The notes: a model not told the origin generated them from the sequence alone. A stretch of 64,000 bases of DNA from Eledone cirrhosa (GCA_964016885.1 OZ024741.1:165106001-165170000); one strand, 5' to 3'. Counted from the first letter of the stretch, positions 27,020 to 40,633 are shown. Made by a program: numbers and translations.

Positions 27020-27659
27020 TGAATACACTCGGGACCCTCACTGAGGAAATTGCTCCACAGACATCAACCCACATACAGCGATATATGCATGCTTCCTAAT
27101 TGTCCCATCAACAATCCAGAAGTGTGCATGAGAGCATATGTGATCTTATATGTCTATAAGATCACATGCCAAAAATGTAGTTCCCTGTACATTGGAAGTA
27201 CCATAAGGAGGTTACACATACTGATCAAAGGACATATAACAATAAGAGCCTCTTCCATTAAAAAATATTTTGACAGAGGCTCTCATTGAGGTCACCATAG
27301 AGGCAACTGAAAGGAATATGGGAAATTTAAGGATTAAGAAGGCCATTTTCATAAGCCAAATAAAATCAGAGATAGATAATAGGTTAGAAATGCATGCGGC
27401 AGAATGGTTACTGTAGCAACTCCACGCATGCACATACATTTTGCAAACACATAGACAAGTTAGGGAAGAAAACTGATCGCTCATTTGTTTTATCTTGGGA
27501 TTTTTCAGCTTCACATCTGAAAGAGGGTAATAGCACTGAAATATCATGTTGAAATACACCGGGTAAAACATTATTTTGTTTTGTTTCATTTGTCGTCATT
27601 TGCCCTTCATATTTTTCTACCACATTGTATCAGCTTTTAAAAACATTTATCAGTCTCTT

Positions 27660-27660
<1 letters not shown>
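27020..27660 (+). mobile_element. 5'-truncated Penelope-like element: decayed GIY-YIG endonuclease plus 3' UTR
   Basis: C..PNCP.....C..VYKITCQKCSSLYIGSTIRRLH, then after a frameshift NLRIKKAIFISQIK; ends at (TA)n(CA)n. Confidence 0.8.
27510..27553 (+). ncRNA. Degenerate minimal type I hammerhead ribozyme
   Basis: ttcacat-CTGAAAGA-gggtaatagcact-GAAAT-ATC-atgttgaa; one extra A in the core; lies in the PLE 3' UTR. Confidence 0.45.
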
Positions 27661-27693
<33 letters not shown>

Positions 27694-28025
27694 TACCCAT
27701 TAAGTAGTGCACTAGCAGCCAAAGTGTGTGATAAAGTTATATCTGTATACATACAGGGTGGGTAACCGAGACTGCACCAATATGTATATTAAGTTATCAC
27801 ACCACTCACAGTCAATTCACTGTAAACCTACAACACCTTTTTGTCCCAATACCTCACTTTTATTTACACAAAAAAAACCCTGCACCCTACCAGATCAGAC
27901 AGTTTATATGTAGTGCAAATTCTGTATTTCCATGCCCCAATGTAGTGTCCCACACCCCATTTTAGAGTCTCATGTTGTACTTTGGGATCCACTGCTGCAA
28001 TCATTCTAAGATTTAGGAACCATAA

Positions 28026-28250
28026 TAACAATTTCTATATTTGGCACAAGGCAAACAATTTTGATGGTTGGGTGAGGGTGGGGGGGGGGGGGTTGATTAA
28101 ATCGATCCCAGTACTTACTGGTACTTTATTTTATCGACCCCATAAGGATGAAAAGTAAAGCTAACATCGGCTGGATTTGAACTCACACCATAAAGGGCCG
28201 TAACTCTATGCTGTGAAGCATGGTGCCTGATGCTCAACCGATACTGCCAA
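28026..28250 (-). mobile_element. SINE family A
   Basis: Reverse complement of the consensus. Confidence 0.85.
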
Positions 28251-28747
28251 ATGAGATGTAATAAGGGTGAAACATGCCAGGAGTTGTCACTGCACTGCCA
28301 AATATTGGAATCATTCCCTACTGCATTATATATTTAATTAATTTGAATTCATAAATATCTTTATTGTCTCACCTGCTTTCTTTTGCCAGAATTATCATTT
28401 AATTCCCATCACTATGTATGTGCAATGTGTATGTACATGTAATATGTATAGTGAAGATAGACACACATCTAAGTATAGACTTATCCAGTGACATACACAA
28501 ATACACCCTATCTGTTTCATACACACCAAACACATACCATTTGTTATGCTGTACATAAACATGTAGAGATATATTACCTGTAATTTTACACCATACACAT
28601 AATTTAGTTCTCGTTATGCAAACCAACACACACACATACATTCACAGAGTAATTGTTGTTGTAATTATGTTGAAATTAGGAATGTTATACCCATATATAT
28701 GAGTAAGTTGTATACATTCATTTGTAGCACTTGGGATGTTGCATATA

Positions 28748-28794
<47 letters not shown>

Positions 28795-28955
28795 ACACAT
28801 GTATATATATACACAGTGTGTATCTGTATAAAAAGTGAGGAGAGAGGTGATAAGAGAGAGAGGAGTAGGGTGAGGTTGAAAAAGAAAGGGTCACACATGC
28901 ACACACACACACATATATATATAAGATCAAAAGATGGTTAAAGGAGTTCCATGTA

Positions 28956-29022
28956 TTTTATTATGCGCATTTCAAAAACAAACATCATCATGCAATAATA
29001 TTTGTGTTTTCATCAGATAAAA
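28956..29022 (-). ncRNA. Type I hammerhead ribozyme (mirror copy)
   Basis: Exact reverse complement of 29145-29211. Confidence 0.85.
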
Positions 29023-29144
29023 CAGGAGAACATGATATGAAGGCTAAAAAACACTTGTGGATAGTGCAGTTTTAAATCAACATATGTTGATTTAAAACTG
29101 CACTATCCACAAGTGTTTTTTAGCCTTCATATCATGTTCTCCTG

Positions 29145-29211
29145 TTTTATCTGATGAAAACACAAATATTATTGCATGATGATGTTTGTTTTTGAAATGC
29201 GCATAATAAAA
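29145..29211 (+). ncRNA. Type I hammerhead ribozyme with palindromic minimal stem III
   Basis: ttttat-CTGATGA-[aaa c acaaatattatt gcat gatgatgtttgt t ttt]-GAAA-tgcgca-TA-ataaaa. 6-bp stem I, ~15-bp stem II, AUA site with predicted cut after 29205. Confidence 0.85.
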
Positions 29212-29333
29212 TACATGGAACTCCTTTAACCATCTTTTGATCTTATATTATGTATACTCCAGTCCTACAAACTGTAGAGTGCTTCTTATCCGATATCTGC
29301 ATTGCTTTATTGTACTACAATAAAACTCACCTC

Positions 29334-29356
<23 letters not shown>

Positions 29357-29364
<8 letters not shown>

Positions 29365-29680
29365 GGTAAACAGAATAGAAAATGCTGACAAATTGTTCAC
29401 AGTTGAAAAATGGTTTAATTAGGAATAAAAGAGTATTAGTGATTGTATGGGTTCCGTATTTGTTAATGAAGTGGGATTCCTTGCTGATGCGCTGGGTGTG
29501 GGTGGCATTATCTTTGAATTTGTAGAGGGGAAAGATTCTGAAGTTGGGATGAATGACCCATACAATCACTAATACTCTTTTATTCCTAATTAAACCATTT
29601 TTCAACTGTGAACAATTTGTCAGCATTTTCTATTCCGTTTACCAATATATAATAACTTGTGTGTTACACCTCTATTCTTT

Positions 29681-29690
<10 letters not shown>
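29357..29690. mobile_element. Penelope-like remnant: ~100-bp inverted arms around a GIY-YIG C-terminal fragment
   Basis: Arms ~29357-29453 and ~29556-29650. The spacer encodes (minus) HPNFRIFPLYKFKDNATHTQRISKESHFINKY, resembling the R..KE..FI end of PLE endonucleases. Confidence 0.65.
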
Positions 29691-29722
<32 letters not shown>

Positions 29723-29781
29723 CATATAAGGAAAAGAAATCAAACATGCAACTGGAGTCTTTTTAAGAATATTCATTTGTT

Positions 29782-29822
29782 TCCTTTACCGGTTTCACAG
29801 TTCTTATGTATTTCAAAAGTAG
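29782..29822 (-). ncRNA. Decayed copy of the U3-A8 hammerhead family
   Basis: Minus strand ctactt-TTGAAAT-acataagaactgt-GAAA-ccgg-TA-aagga, with the same downstream tail (aagactccagttgcat) as the 40.6 kb copy. Confidence 0.55.
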
Positions 29823-29898
29823 AATTGAGATGGAGCGTTTATCATCATCATCATCATCTTCGTTTAACATCCATCTTCCATGGTAGCATGGGTTAGAC

Positions 29899-29943
<45 letters not shown>

Positions 29944-30193
29944 ATAGTTGGGACTCCAACGGCTGAGCTCTACTACCCTAAGTATTGAGTACTCTGGTGC
30001 TTTATGATCCACCTGGTATCTTACCACAGCGTTTGTTATATATATATACACACACACACATATATACATAAATACATACATATATACACGCACACACAGA
30101 AAGAGAGTGAGCAAAACACGTGTACCCAGTCTCAGATCTTATGGAATTACTCCAATAAAAGAGCAGATAATCAAGTGTATAATGGATGAATGA

Positions 30194-30224
<31 letters not shown>

Positions 30225-30735
30225 CCGCTGATTTCCAATGTGGACAGGTGTCTTTGAGAAGATCCAATAGAGAAACCTTCCTTTTCTACTTTAGCCCTTA
30301 ACTCCTGATATAGTCATAGGGGTACCATAATGGTATATAGCATATCTCGTGCATTAAAATTAGACAGCCCATCAATCTTCAGGACTGAACACAGCTAATT
30401 TTTTTTCCAGAGGAGGAGATAGTGAGCATGAGGAAGTGAGAGAGAAGAAATGAGAAAGAGTCACCCCTAGTGTTGGGCTGATATTTTATTTATCATCTTA
30501 TAAATAATGACCCCAGTGGGATTTGAACTCAGAATGTAGAAAGCTTAAACAAATACCAGAAAGTATTCTAACTAACATTCTAATGACAATGCCAATTCAC
30601 CAGCTAATAGGAGAACCTCAGTGGTAATATAGCAATATCTCTGACTGTTGATCATTTTAAAACCATTTTGAAAATAATCGAGAATTTGGAGGGATTTAGT
30701 AATATCACTAACTTTTTCATTATTTAGGTGGATTG

Positions 30736-30922
30736 GCGGTGGATTGGCAGTATCAGTAAAGGGTTGGACGCCATGCTTTCCAGCATGGTTACGTCCCTTT
30801 ATGATTTGAGTTCAAATCCTGCCAAGGTTGACTTTGCCTTTCATCCTTACGGGGTCGATAAAATAAAGTACCAGTAATGCATTGGTAATTGCTGGCCTTG
30901 TGCCTAAAGTAGAAACAATTAT
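30736..30922 (+). mobile_element. SINE family A
   Basis: Matches the consensus. Confidence 0.9.
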
Positions 30923-31072
30923 TTAGGTTGAATTTGGAAGATAAGAAAGATTCTTATATAAAATGTTAAAAGGTTTTTAGATAAATATAAGCATTTTAAA
31001 CCAAACAGTACCATAGGATAGAACTGGAGACAATTTCAAAAGGGTTGTGGGAGAAACATAATAGAAAGAGAT

Positions 31073-31950
31073 ATGTGGGAATTAGTTGTGGGACAACTGC
31101 AGTACAATACAAAGTAGCATGTGGGCAATAGTTGTGAGATAGCTCCAGTGCAATGCATAATAGCATGTGGGAATTAGTTGTGGGACAACTGCAGTACAAT
31201 ACAAAGTAGCATGTGGGCAATAGTTGTGAGATAGCCCCAGTGCAATGCATAATAGCATGTGGGAATTAGTTGTGGGACAACTGCAGTACAATACAAAGTA
31301 GCATGTGGGAAATAGTTGTGAGATAGCTCCAGTGCAATGCATAATAACATGTGGGAATTAGTTGTGGGGACAACTGTAGTATAATTCATGTGGGGAAACA
31401 GTTGTGGGACAACTAGAATTTAATACAGAGCAACATGTGGGACAACTGGTATGCAGAGTAGCATGTGGGAGATAGTAGTGGGGCAGCTGGAGTACAATAG
31501 AAAGTAACATGTGGAAAATAGTTGTGAAGTAGCTGGATTACATTAGAAAGTAGCATGTTGGAAATAGTTGTGGGACAACTGGAGTACAATACAGAGTAAC
31601 ATGTGGGAAATAGTTGTGGGACAACTGGAGTACAATACAGAGTAGCATGTGGGAAACACTTTTGGGACAACTGGAGTACAATACAGAGTAGCATGTGGGA
31701 AATTGTTGTGGGACAACTGGAGTACAATAGAAAGTAGCATGTGGTAATTAGTTGTGGGGCAGCTGGAGTATAATAGAAAGTAACATGTGGGAAATAGGTG
31801 TGGGGCAGCTGGAGTACAATACAGAGTAGCATGTGGGAAACACATGTGGGACAACTGGAGTACAATAGAAAGTAACATGTGAGAAATAGTTGTGAAGTAG
31901 CTGGAGTTCAATAGAAAGTAGCATGTTGGAAACACATGTGGGACAACTGG
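31073..31950. repeat. 46-bp minisatellite with a 92-bp dimeric higher-order unit at the left end
   Basis: Unit atgtgggaaatagttgtgggacaactggagtacaatacagagtagc. Confidence 0.9.
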
Positions 31951-32384
31951 TGTTCAATACAAGACATAACCTGCTAGACATAACAGCCAAATCTCCCACA
32001 AACAACACACCCTTGACTTCAAAAAAAGGAAAGACACATTGTATAATGTAGTCAGAGATGCAATATCTGTATAATAAGAACGTGGGACAGGTGGAATGAG
32101 TTTGATGATGGATCTGCTGGATCAGGGTCAACCTGGGGTTAAACACCACCACCACCAACAACAACAGTACAAATATAACCATATATCCTGTCTAAACAGA
32201 AGACAGCAAGAAGAGATATGACCTGCTGAAATTTTCAATAAATAAATAAACACACCTGTAATTTCTTTATCAACATAATATAAAATTGAATATGTGGATT
32301 GTGTGGCAGCTATGCCTTTCTCAAGGCTATTAGTGACATAGGAAATGCTAATTTGTTTAAGCATAATAACTTCAAAAGTTGAAA

Positions 32385-32935
32385 GACCCGGATTAACCTA
32401 CTTAATTTATAAATCTGTCATTCTACAACCACCATCATACATAAAGTTTAGGGATTAGGACTAAATCACTTGTGTTAAAACAACAGCTTTCAACATACAC
32501 AAATTAACAATTTATACTTTATAACTCTGTCGCCCTATAGCTCACATCATACAAAGTTGAGTGGTCACAAGTAAACCACTTGTACTGTAACTATGGAATT
32601 CTAATGTCATCATCATCATATGCAAAGCTAAGGAACGAGATTAAACTAACACATGTATTATAAATTCTACAACTCTCCCTACACACAACGTTGAGTGACC
32701 AGGATTTAACCCTAAATTGCACCACACACAAGTTGGGTGACCAAAATTTAACAATACAAAACTCTGCCTACACAATGCCAAGTGACCGGGAGATTTAATC
32801 ATGTGTTGTAAAGGTTACAACCAGGATTTAACTGTAAATTGTGTTGTGATGTTGTGAACTCTACAACTCATACTACACACAAAGTTGAGTGACAGGAAAT
32901 TAATCATAAATTGTGTTATGAATTCTAAAACTCTC
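32385..32935. repeat. Highly degenerate tandem repeat
   Basis: Recurring acacaaagttgagtgaccaggatttaacc-like units. Confidence 0.55.
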
Positions 32936-33003
32936 GCTAAACAGAAAATAAGAAAATATAACCATCAACAACAAAGTCAACAATAAGATAAACTTCTACA
33001 TAC

Positions 33004-33197
33004 CCAACACTGATGATTATACATCTCATAGTTATAATCCCTACGAGGGTTCCCAGGATAAATCCATCCATAAAGTTTTAAATCAATTTTTTGCCTCACA
33101 GGAGTAGCGGGGTGACATTGCACGATCCGTTGCGGGGAATACCCCAACTTGAAGCCTTCCAGACTATCTGGACGTTTTTTAGGTTTACAGGCCATTC
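33004..33197 (-). CDS. Candidate coding exon of an unknown protein (MACKPKKRPDSLEGFKLGYSPQRIVQCHPATPVRQKIDLKLYGWIYPGNPRRDYNYEMYNHQCW)
   Basis: High-complexity, CpG-containing island with tatacag| acceptor, ATG at 33195, an open frame and a TGG|GTATGT donor. No recognised domain; plus-strand readings are also possible. Confidence 0.3.
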
Positions 33198-34279
33198 CTG
33201 TATATAAATTGACTATTTTTTTTTTTTTTAGGTATTTTTTCAAATTTGTTCAAGAGAGATAATATACTAGAAAGGAAGTTTTATCACTTTTTCTTCTCTT
33301 GTCAATAATTTCAAGTTGTTAAACATAATAAAAAACAATTTAATTAATTTATCAAAAAATTAAAAGTGCAATATCCAAGAGAAGAGAATAAGTTAACATT
33401 GTTAGCAGTTAATTACAACAGAATATATTGTAATATTATATAAGTTTCGTTTTAGTGAGAGAGCAGTCAGCAAGATTTAAAAATAGAAACTTGCTATATC
33501 TAACTTTGTAGAACTTCCAAATATACATCCTCTCATTGTTGCTTTTTCTTCTTCTTTTTCTCCTTCTTATTGTCATTTAGATTGTTGTTGTTGTTGTTGT
33601 TGTTTTTCCCGATAATTCTTTGTTTGACTGTCTGTGATGTGTGTTGCGATGTTATTTGTTAATTTGGTAGTTATTTTTTTTAAGCTTTATTTTCTCTGTA
33701 TCATTATATTTTGTTGTTATTTTTCGTTTAAACTTTTAAAAAGATGGAAATTCCATCAGAACCAGAATAGGACGGAAGAATTGCATAGATTGAAAGACAC
33801 TGTTTTTCCCAAATAATGATGATGATAACAACAATAACAATAATAATGAAATAAATAATAAAATGAAAGAAAACTAAATAGCAAAAATAATAATAATAAT
33901 AACAATAATAATAATAATAAAAAAAAAAATAATAATAATAATATGCCTGGGAATAAATAGCAAGAGGTAAAAATCAACAGCACAGAAGAGATTCTGAGAA
34001 AACAATGAATTGGTAATGATGATGATAGTAGTGGTGGTGGTGCTGATGATGATGATGATTGAGGTGGTGGTGGTGGTGGGGATGATGTTTGGGGTGATTC
34101 AAGAGGGGGAACATCACAATAGAAATGTCCAGTAGCACATAGTTAAATATACAACTTGAAACTAACTTGCTTCTATTTTTCTTTTTCTCTCTCTCTCACT
34201 TTCTTTTTAACAAACATGAAACAATAGAGCTAATATAACACCCACCACCAATGGGATAGCCAGGTTGTTGTTGTTGCAA

Positions 34280-34310
<31 letters not shown>

Positions 34311-34705
34311 GATATTATATACAATTTTGATTGTATTTATATTGTTCATGTAGCATGTTTTTCTTTCGTTGAAAATAAAATGAAACAAAATAAAATGAAA
34401 CTTTAAAAATGTATAAAATGTTTAAAATTTAGTTTAATTCTGTATATTTTTTTGGTATTTTACCTGAGTGAAAACAAGTTTATATATATATATATATTAT
34501 ATATGTTATATATATATATATCATATATGATATATGTATTATATATTTCTTTACTTTTACCAAAGAAATATATTTAAGTTTGAAAAAAAAAAATCAACAA
34601 CTCTGCAAGTTATAATGTATTACTTGCGTTAAACCCACCTATGTATATATACATATATATATATATGTTTGTATGTATATATATATATATATGTATGTAT
34701 GTATA

Positions 34706-34756
<51 letters not shown>

Positions 34757-34868
34757 AAGATGTGTGTGAGTGTACAAATACACTTATATATACTTATTTA
34801 TACACACATGTACACAATATACAAAGAATAAAGTTGAGCAAGAGTTTACTAGATTAACAGATGTAACA

Positions 34869-34914
<46 letters not shown>

Positions 34915-35261
34915 ACACTATTGAAATATATTTCAGTGATTATTCACACAAAAATATATTTAACCTTATCTACTTCATCTCCCTGATGATAATGATGATA
35001 AACTATTATTAAATATTAATTTCAAAGAAAGTAATACAGAATAACTTTGGGTAGAGAGAAGAGAAGAGAAGGATTGACATCTGCAATGAGATCAGATAAA
35101 TCCAGTGTTTATTCCAAAAAATACTGTTTTTAGCTTGGTGTGTATATGAGGTGTGTGTGTGGGGAGGGGGGGGGGGTGCTGATCAGTAGAAAGATAAAAT
35201 AGGAGGTTCCCTGATAGAAAAGAAATAACAGTAAAAAAAACTTATATCACAGGTGGTGGTT

Positions 35262-35300
<39 letters not shown>

Positions 35301-36013
35301 AGTTTGAAAGTTAGTTAGTTGGTGTTTGTGAAGTATGTACTGACAGTTTAATATCAAGTTTGTCATTGCAGCCATGCCATAAGACAGTCAAATAAACTAC
35401 AGCAATTTTTTTTAAGACAAACATTAGTAAACAAAAAAAAAAAAGCTCACAAAAAATAGTTCCCCCAAAAACCCCAACAAAAAACTGACTAGCGGGTTAA
35501 TATAAAATATATATACTCACATACATGCATACATACATTCACATACACTAGCAGTAAGCATTCATGTTTATTATATGGTCACAAGTACAAGTGCATGCAT
35601 GCTGTCTGCCTACCACAAAACCTCCTCTAGTCATTTAACACAAGAGTTGTCTTGTGCTATAGAAGGTGACCAAAATGACCATTTGACCCAACACATTATA
35701 TATAAAGTCCTAAGATGACAATAGCAATGTTTAATATAAAAGAGAAAGAGAGAGAGGGAGATAGATGGGCTATGTGGTGTGGTGTAGTGTGATGTGGTGT
35801 GGTGTGGTCAGATTGTGGCAAGGGTGGATGATAAAGGGGTGGTGGAGGGAGAGAGACAGAGTTTCACAGTAATACAAGGTGGTGGTGGTGGTGGTGGATG
35901 GCAATGTCAGAAGTATTTAAAGAAAAGCTATATCTGTAAGAGGATTAAATGAAGGAGAAGAGGTGTGAAAATGGGAGAAGAGATAATAAGAATAAAGAAG
36001 AGGAACAACAATA

Positions 36014-36059
<46 letters not shown>

Positions 36060-36394
36060 GTAACAACAACAATGGAATTGCCTGCTTGGTCTTTTCTTTT
36101 TTTTGTCTTAAAACAGCTAGAGCAGCAGCAATAGTAGTAGTAGTAATAATAATAGTAGTAGTAATAGTAATAAAAGTGGTGGCAGTAGTAGTAGTAGTTC
36201 TGTTGATGGTAATGATGCTGATGGTTGTTGTTGTTGTTGCTGTTGCTTAGTCTCCTCTGTAACCTTTTTTTCTTTTGCATCACCTTTGTGAAAAAGCACA
36301 CCACAAAGTGGTTAGGAAAACCTTCTTCTTGTCCCCCCCCAGAAACAGAAGCCCCTCAGTAACACTAGAGAGAAGGCTGTATATATAAATTTAC

Positions 36395-36440
<46 letters not shown>

Positions 36441-36869
36441 CACATAAAGGTGCAGTATCCTATTGTGGGTGAAACACTATCCATGATGTCAAAGCAGTTG
36501 TAATTTAATTTAATTCAACAGATGTGAAAAAAAAAATATTACTCTAGAGAAGAGAAAAAGACAGAGATAGAAACATTAGAGTGATAGAATGAGAGGGAGA
36601 GAGAGAGAGAGTGAGAGAGTGAGAGGGAGAGAGAGATAGTGAGAGATGAGAAGGTTGAGAACATTGAAGAAATCTAGTGTTGGTGTGTTTATATATCTAT
36701 CGGAGGTTATTAACCATATCAAATTAAACATACCTCATTTCTTATATACATCTATGCATAGGTCTGTAGGTATTTATATTTATGTTTAATTTCACTCTTT
36801 CTCTCTCTCTTATACACACACACACTCCCTCTTTCTCTTTTTATACACATAGAAAAAAAAACATACAGA

Positions 36870-36945
<76 letters not shown>

Positions 36946-37050
36946 TATATATTATGTATAGGCACACATACAGAGAAATAATACAAGCAATATGAGAGAT
37001 GTTCACTAACACAGAAATATTTCACTTCCTTTCAACAATATCTACATATG

Positions 37051-37095
<45 letters not shown>

Positions 37096-37505
37096 GTGGA
37101 TGTGTGTATATACCTGACAAATACACAGAATTAAGATATAAATACCTCGAATTCCTTCTAAATTTTTATGTTTTATTTTTTTCCTTAATAAGTTACAAAG
37201 AATTATGTAAAAGTATGAAGATATAGCAGACTATGGGGGAATATAGATGTTTTGTTTTTTTAATAAGATGTTGCTACCTAAATAAAGAAGTGTGGAAGTG
37301 TGTGATTGTACCTTAGTATCTATCAACATATATGCATGTATGTATCCATACGTATGTGTTTGCAACCACAAGGAAAAAGTGCTCAATACCAAAGTAAAGA
37401 GTATGAGTATTAGATATTTATCATATTACTAAGATTAGTCACTAGTGCTATTCTGAGTAGCAACAAAGAGTTTTTAACTGTAATATAATAACTATATATG
37501 CATGC

Positions 37506-37548
<43 letters not shown>

Positions 37549-38282
37549 TAATGAGAGAGAGAGAGATGAGTGTGTGACTGTGTGTGGATGTGTATATGTT
37601 CATATGTATGTATGTATGTGTATGTGTGTATGATGATTGACAATAGCGAGGTAGTAAACCTTATATGACAGCACTAATTACAAACCAAGCATGCTTGGCA
37701 GTAATTATTGGTGATATAGATTTTGGAAACACTCTATCAGTGTCTTATGACATTTTTTATTCCTTCTTTGCTTCAATTCCTTTTGAAATATCAGTTTTTT
37801 TTAAATATATTCAAAAGTCACCAACACAAATCCAGTTACATCAGAACTCTATTGAATATATGCCAGTGCTCTTATAAGGAAAGCCCATTTTTACAGTCAT
37901 TCCTTCTTTCACTTCCTCATATCTATCTATCTAACTATCTATCTAACTATATCACTCTATATATATGCCTGTGTGTGTGTCCAAACATAAATAGAAAGGA
38001 AGAATTGTGGGTTAAATGAGAATGACTTATAGAGAGAATCAGGTAACAGATGTATGTATATTTTTTTTGTTTAAAGTGAAATACCCATCTTTATATGCTC
38101 ATACATACATACATATATATGTGTATATATATATGTGTATATATATACATATATGTATATATATATACATGTATGTATGTGTGTGTATATATTACAATAC
38201 ATGAACCTGTTGTCACACATATAGATATAAGTTATGTATGCACATCTGCATAGACAAGTAGATAGACTTACACACACAAAAA

Positions 38283-38331
<49 letters not shown>

Positions 38332-38648
38332 CGTGTAGCTATATACCTATATACATACAAACACAAAGAGGTTAAGGTGTGTTTGTGCGTGAGTGTGAGT
38401 ATGTGTGTGTGTGCGTGTATATATATATATATATATATATATGAGGGTGTGAGGTTCTAAACAAATAACAAAACCCCCCAAAAAAAAACACAAAAACAAA
38501 TTTAGTAAAAATCAACAAAAGTTGAAATATTTTTCTTTCTTTTTTTCGTTTCTTTTTCTTTTTTTCTTTTTTTTCGTTTTCTTTCTCTAAACAATTGCCT
38601 TTTCTGAACCCTTAAATCCCTTAAATTTTACCACAAAATACATTCAAG

Positions 38649-38914
38649 TGACTGCTATAAACTGATGGAAAGTCTGATGGAGGAATTTGTTGGGGTATAA
38701 TACAGGGGTGATGACATTTTCCATTGCAAGTCAAAATGCAAAGTACTCCATAGAATTTTCCTTGAGAAGAATTCGGTTTTGTTGTTGACAGCAACTACTG
38801 CGAAAAGAGGTTTCATAGAAAGAACATGTGAACCGTCAACTGATGGCACACAACTGTACACATCCATTTCAAAAAAATACGAGCTTGGTCTCTTCTTCGA
38901 TCAAAATGGGAACG
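38649..38914 (+). other. Candidate exon (5' UTR plus start?)
   Basis: Long pyrimidine tract at 38530-38590, first AG at 38648, then caaaATGGGAACG|GTCAGT. Unique, complex sequence; strand not certain. Confidence 0.2.
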
Positions 38915-39424
38915 GTCAGTATAGACTTCATGCATGCATGTAACAACAACAACAACAACTACACAAATATGAGAATATATGTAGATTAGCAAGTCTACAC
39001 AGTCTCATTTCATTTCATAACAGATGCTTATTACAACGCCAACTGACTCAGTCAGTATACTTGCTGTTACAATAAAAGCGTGTTTATACAGACACAAATA
39101 CAAAACATACACACACACACACACACACTTACACGTGCACGTATACAAGATGTGCTTATTATAATGGGTGTATGTATGCATCCATATATGTATGCGTATG
39201 TCTGTAGGTGTGCATGAATATTTGAGTATGGATATGCTTGTCTGTGTGTGTGTGTGTGTCTGCATCTGTGAAGGTATGTGTGTGTATGTATCTGCCACAC
39301 ACACAGCAAGATCCACATTTTTCTCTGTTCATTCATTCATTTATTCAAGTGCTAAGGTTTTCACACTTAATAACTGGAACTTCTAGCATAACACTGTTTC
39401 TGCAAGTATGTATGTATATTAAGG

Positions 39425-39463
<39 letters not shown>

Positions 39464-39526
39464 AAGTGTGTATATATATAAGTATATATGTATATGTGTG
39501 TGTGTATATATATATATATATAAGTA

Positions 39527-39570
<44 letters not shown>

Positions 39571-39586
39571 TATACACATGTATAAA

Positions 39587-39623
<37 letters not shown>

Positions 39624-39771
39624 CAAAAACACACATATAAACACCTGCATGTACGTATATACATACATATTACACATATAAACATATACATACATATACA
39701 TACATATATATATATACATATATACATATATATACATATATACATATATATATATATATACATATACACAC

Positions 39772-39809
<38 letters not shown>

Positions 39810-40053
39810 TCATCATCATCACATATAATATACATGTGTGCGCGTTTTGTGTAGGTATGTCTACACTATATATATATATATATGTATATTCATAATATAT
39901 ATATAAATGTACACACGTACACACACACATATATATATACATATATATATATATGTGTGTGTGTGATTATGGATTTCACTTTACAACCACATGGCTGAGT
40001 GTTCAATCTCTCCTGTGTCACCTTTATACAAGTGTCTTCTATTATATTGGGTT

Positions 40054-40240
40054 GTGGATTGGCAGGATAGGTAGAGCATCAGACACCATGCTTTGCAGCA
40101 TAAAGTTACTGCCCTTTATGTTCTAAGTTCAAATGCCGCCAAGGTTAACTTTACCTTTCATCCTTACAGGGTCAATAAAATAAAGTAACAGTAATGCACT
40201 GGGGTTATTGCTGGCCTTGTGCCAAAAGCAGAAACAATTA
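40054..40240 (+). mobile_element. SINE family A
   Basis: Matches the consensus. Confidence 0.85.
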
Positions 40241-40325
40241 TATCAATGAGTTTACGAAGGCTTTGTAAAAGAAATTCGGTAGACACACTCACAAACATAC
40301 ACACACAGACATACAGACACATACA

Positions 40326-40372
<47 letters not shown>

Positions 40373-40633
40373 GTGGGAAAGTAAAGAAATCGGAGAATAG
40401 TCCGTTAAAACATGTTTATTTAAAACAGCACCCTCGTACGTTTCACCCAGTTGGGCTTCTCAAGGACATAAATAATCAAAAGTGTTCCTTACATTGCTCA
40501 GAAAGAGTTTTTGGGGTTAAATTCACGTCAAGGTTCATTGCTCGCAAAAATAGCTTGTTTTGATTTTGCAGCAGGTCAAGGGAGGTCTATATATATATAT
40601 ATATAAAAAACCACAGACCCTCCATTTCAACTC

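Larger units (their letters stand above)
28919..29248. repeat. Perfect spacer-less 330-bp palindrome (165-bp arms)
   Basis: Centre CAT|ATG at 29083/29084; arms complementary out to 28919/29248. Confidence 0.95.

Noticed and set aside
22075-31950. CRISPR-like appearance of the 49-bp and 46-bp arrays
   Set aside because: Head-to-tail units without unique spacers, no cas genes, eukaryotic context.
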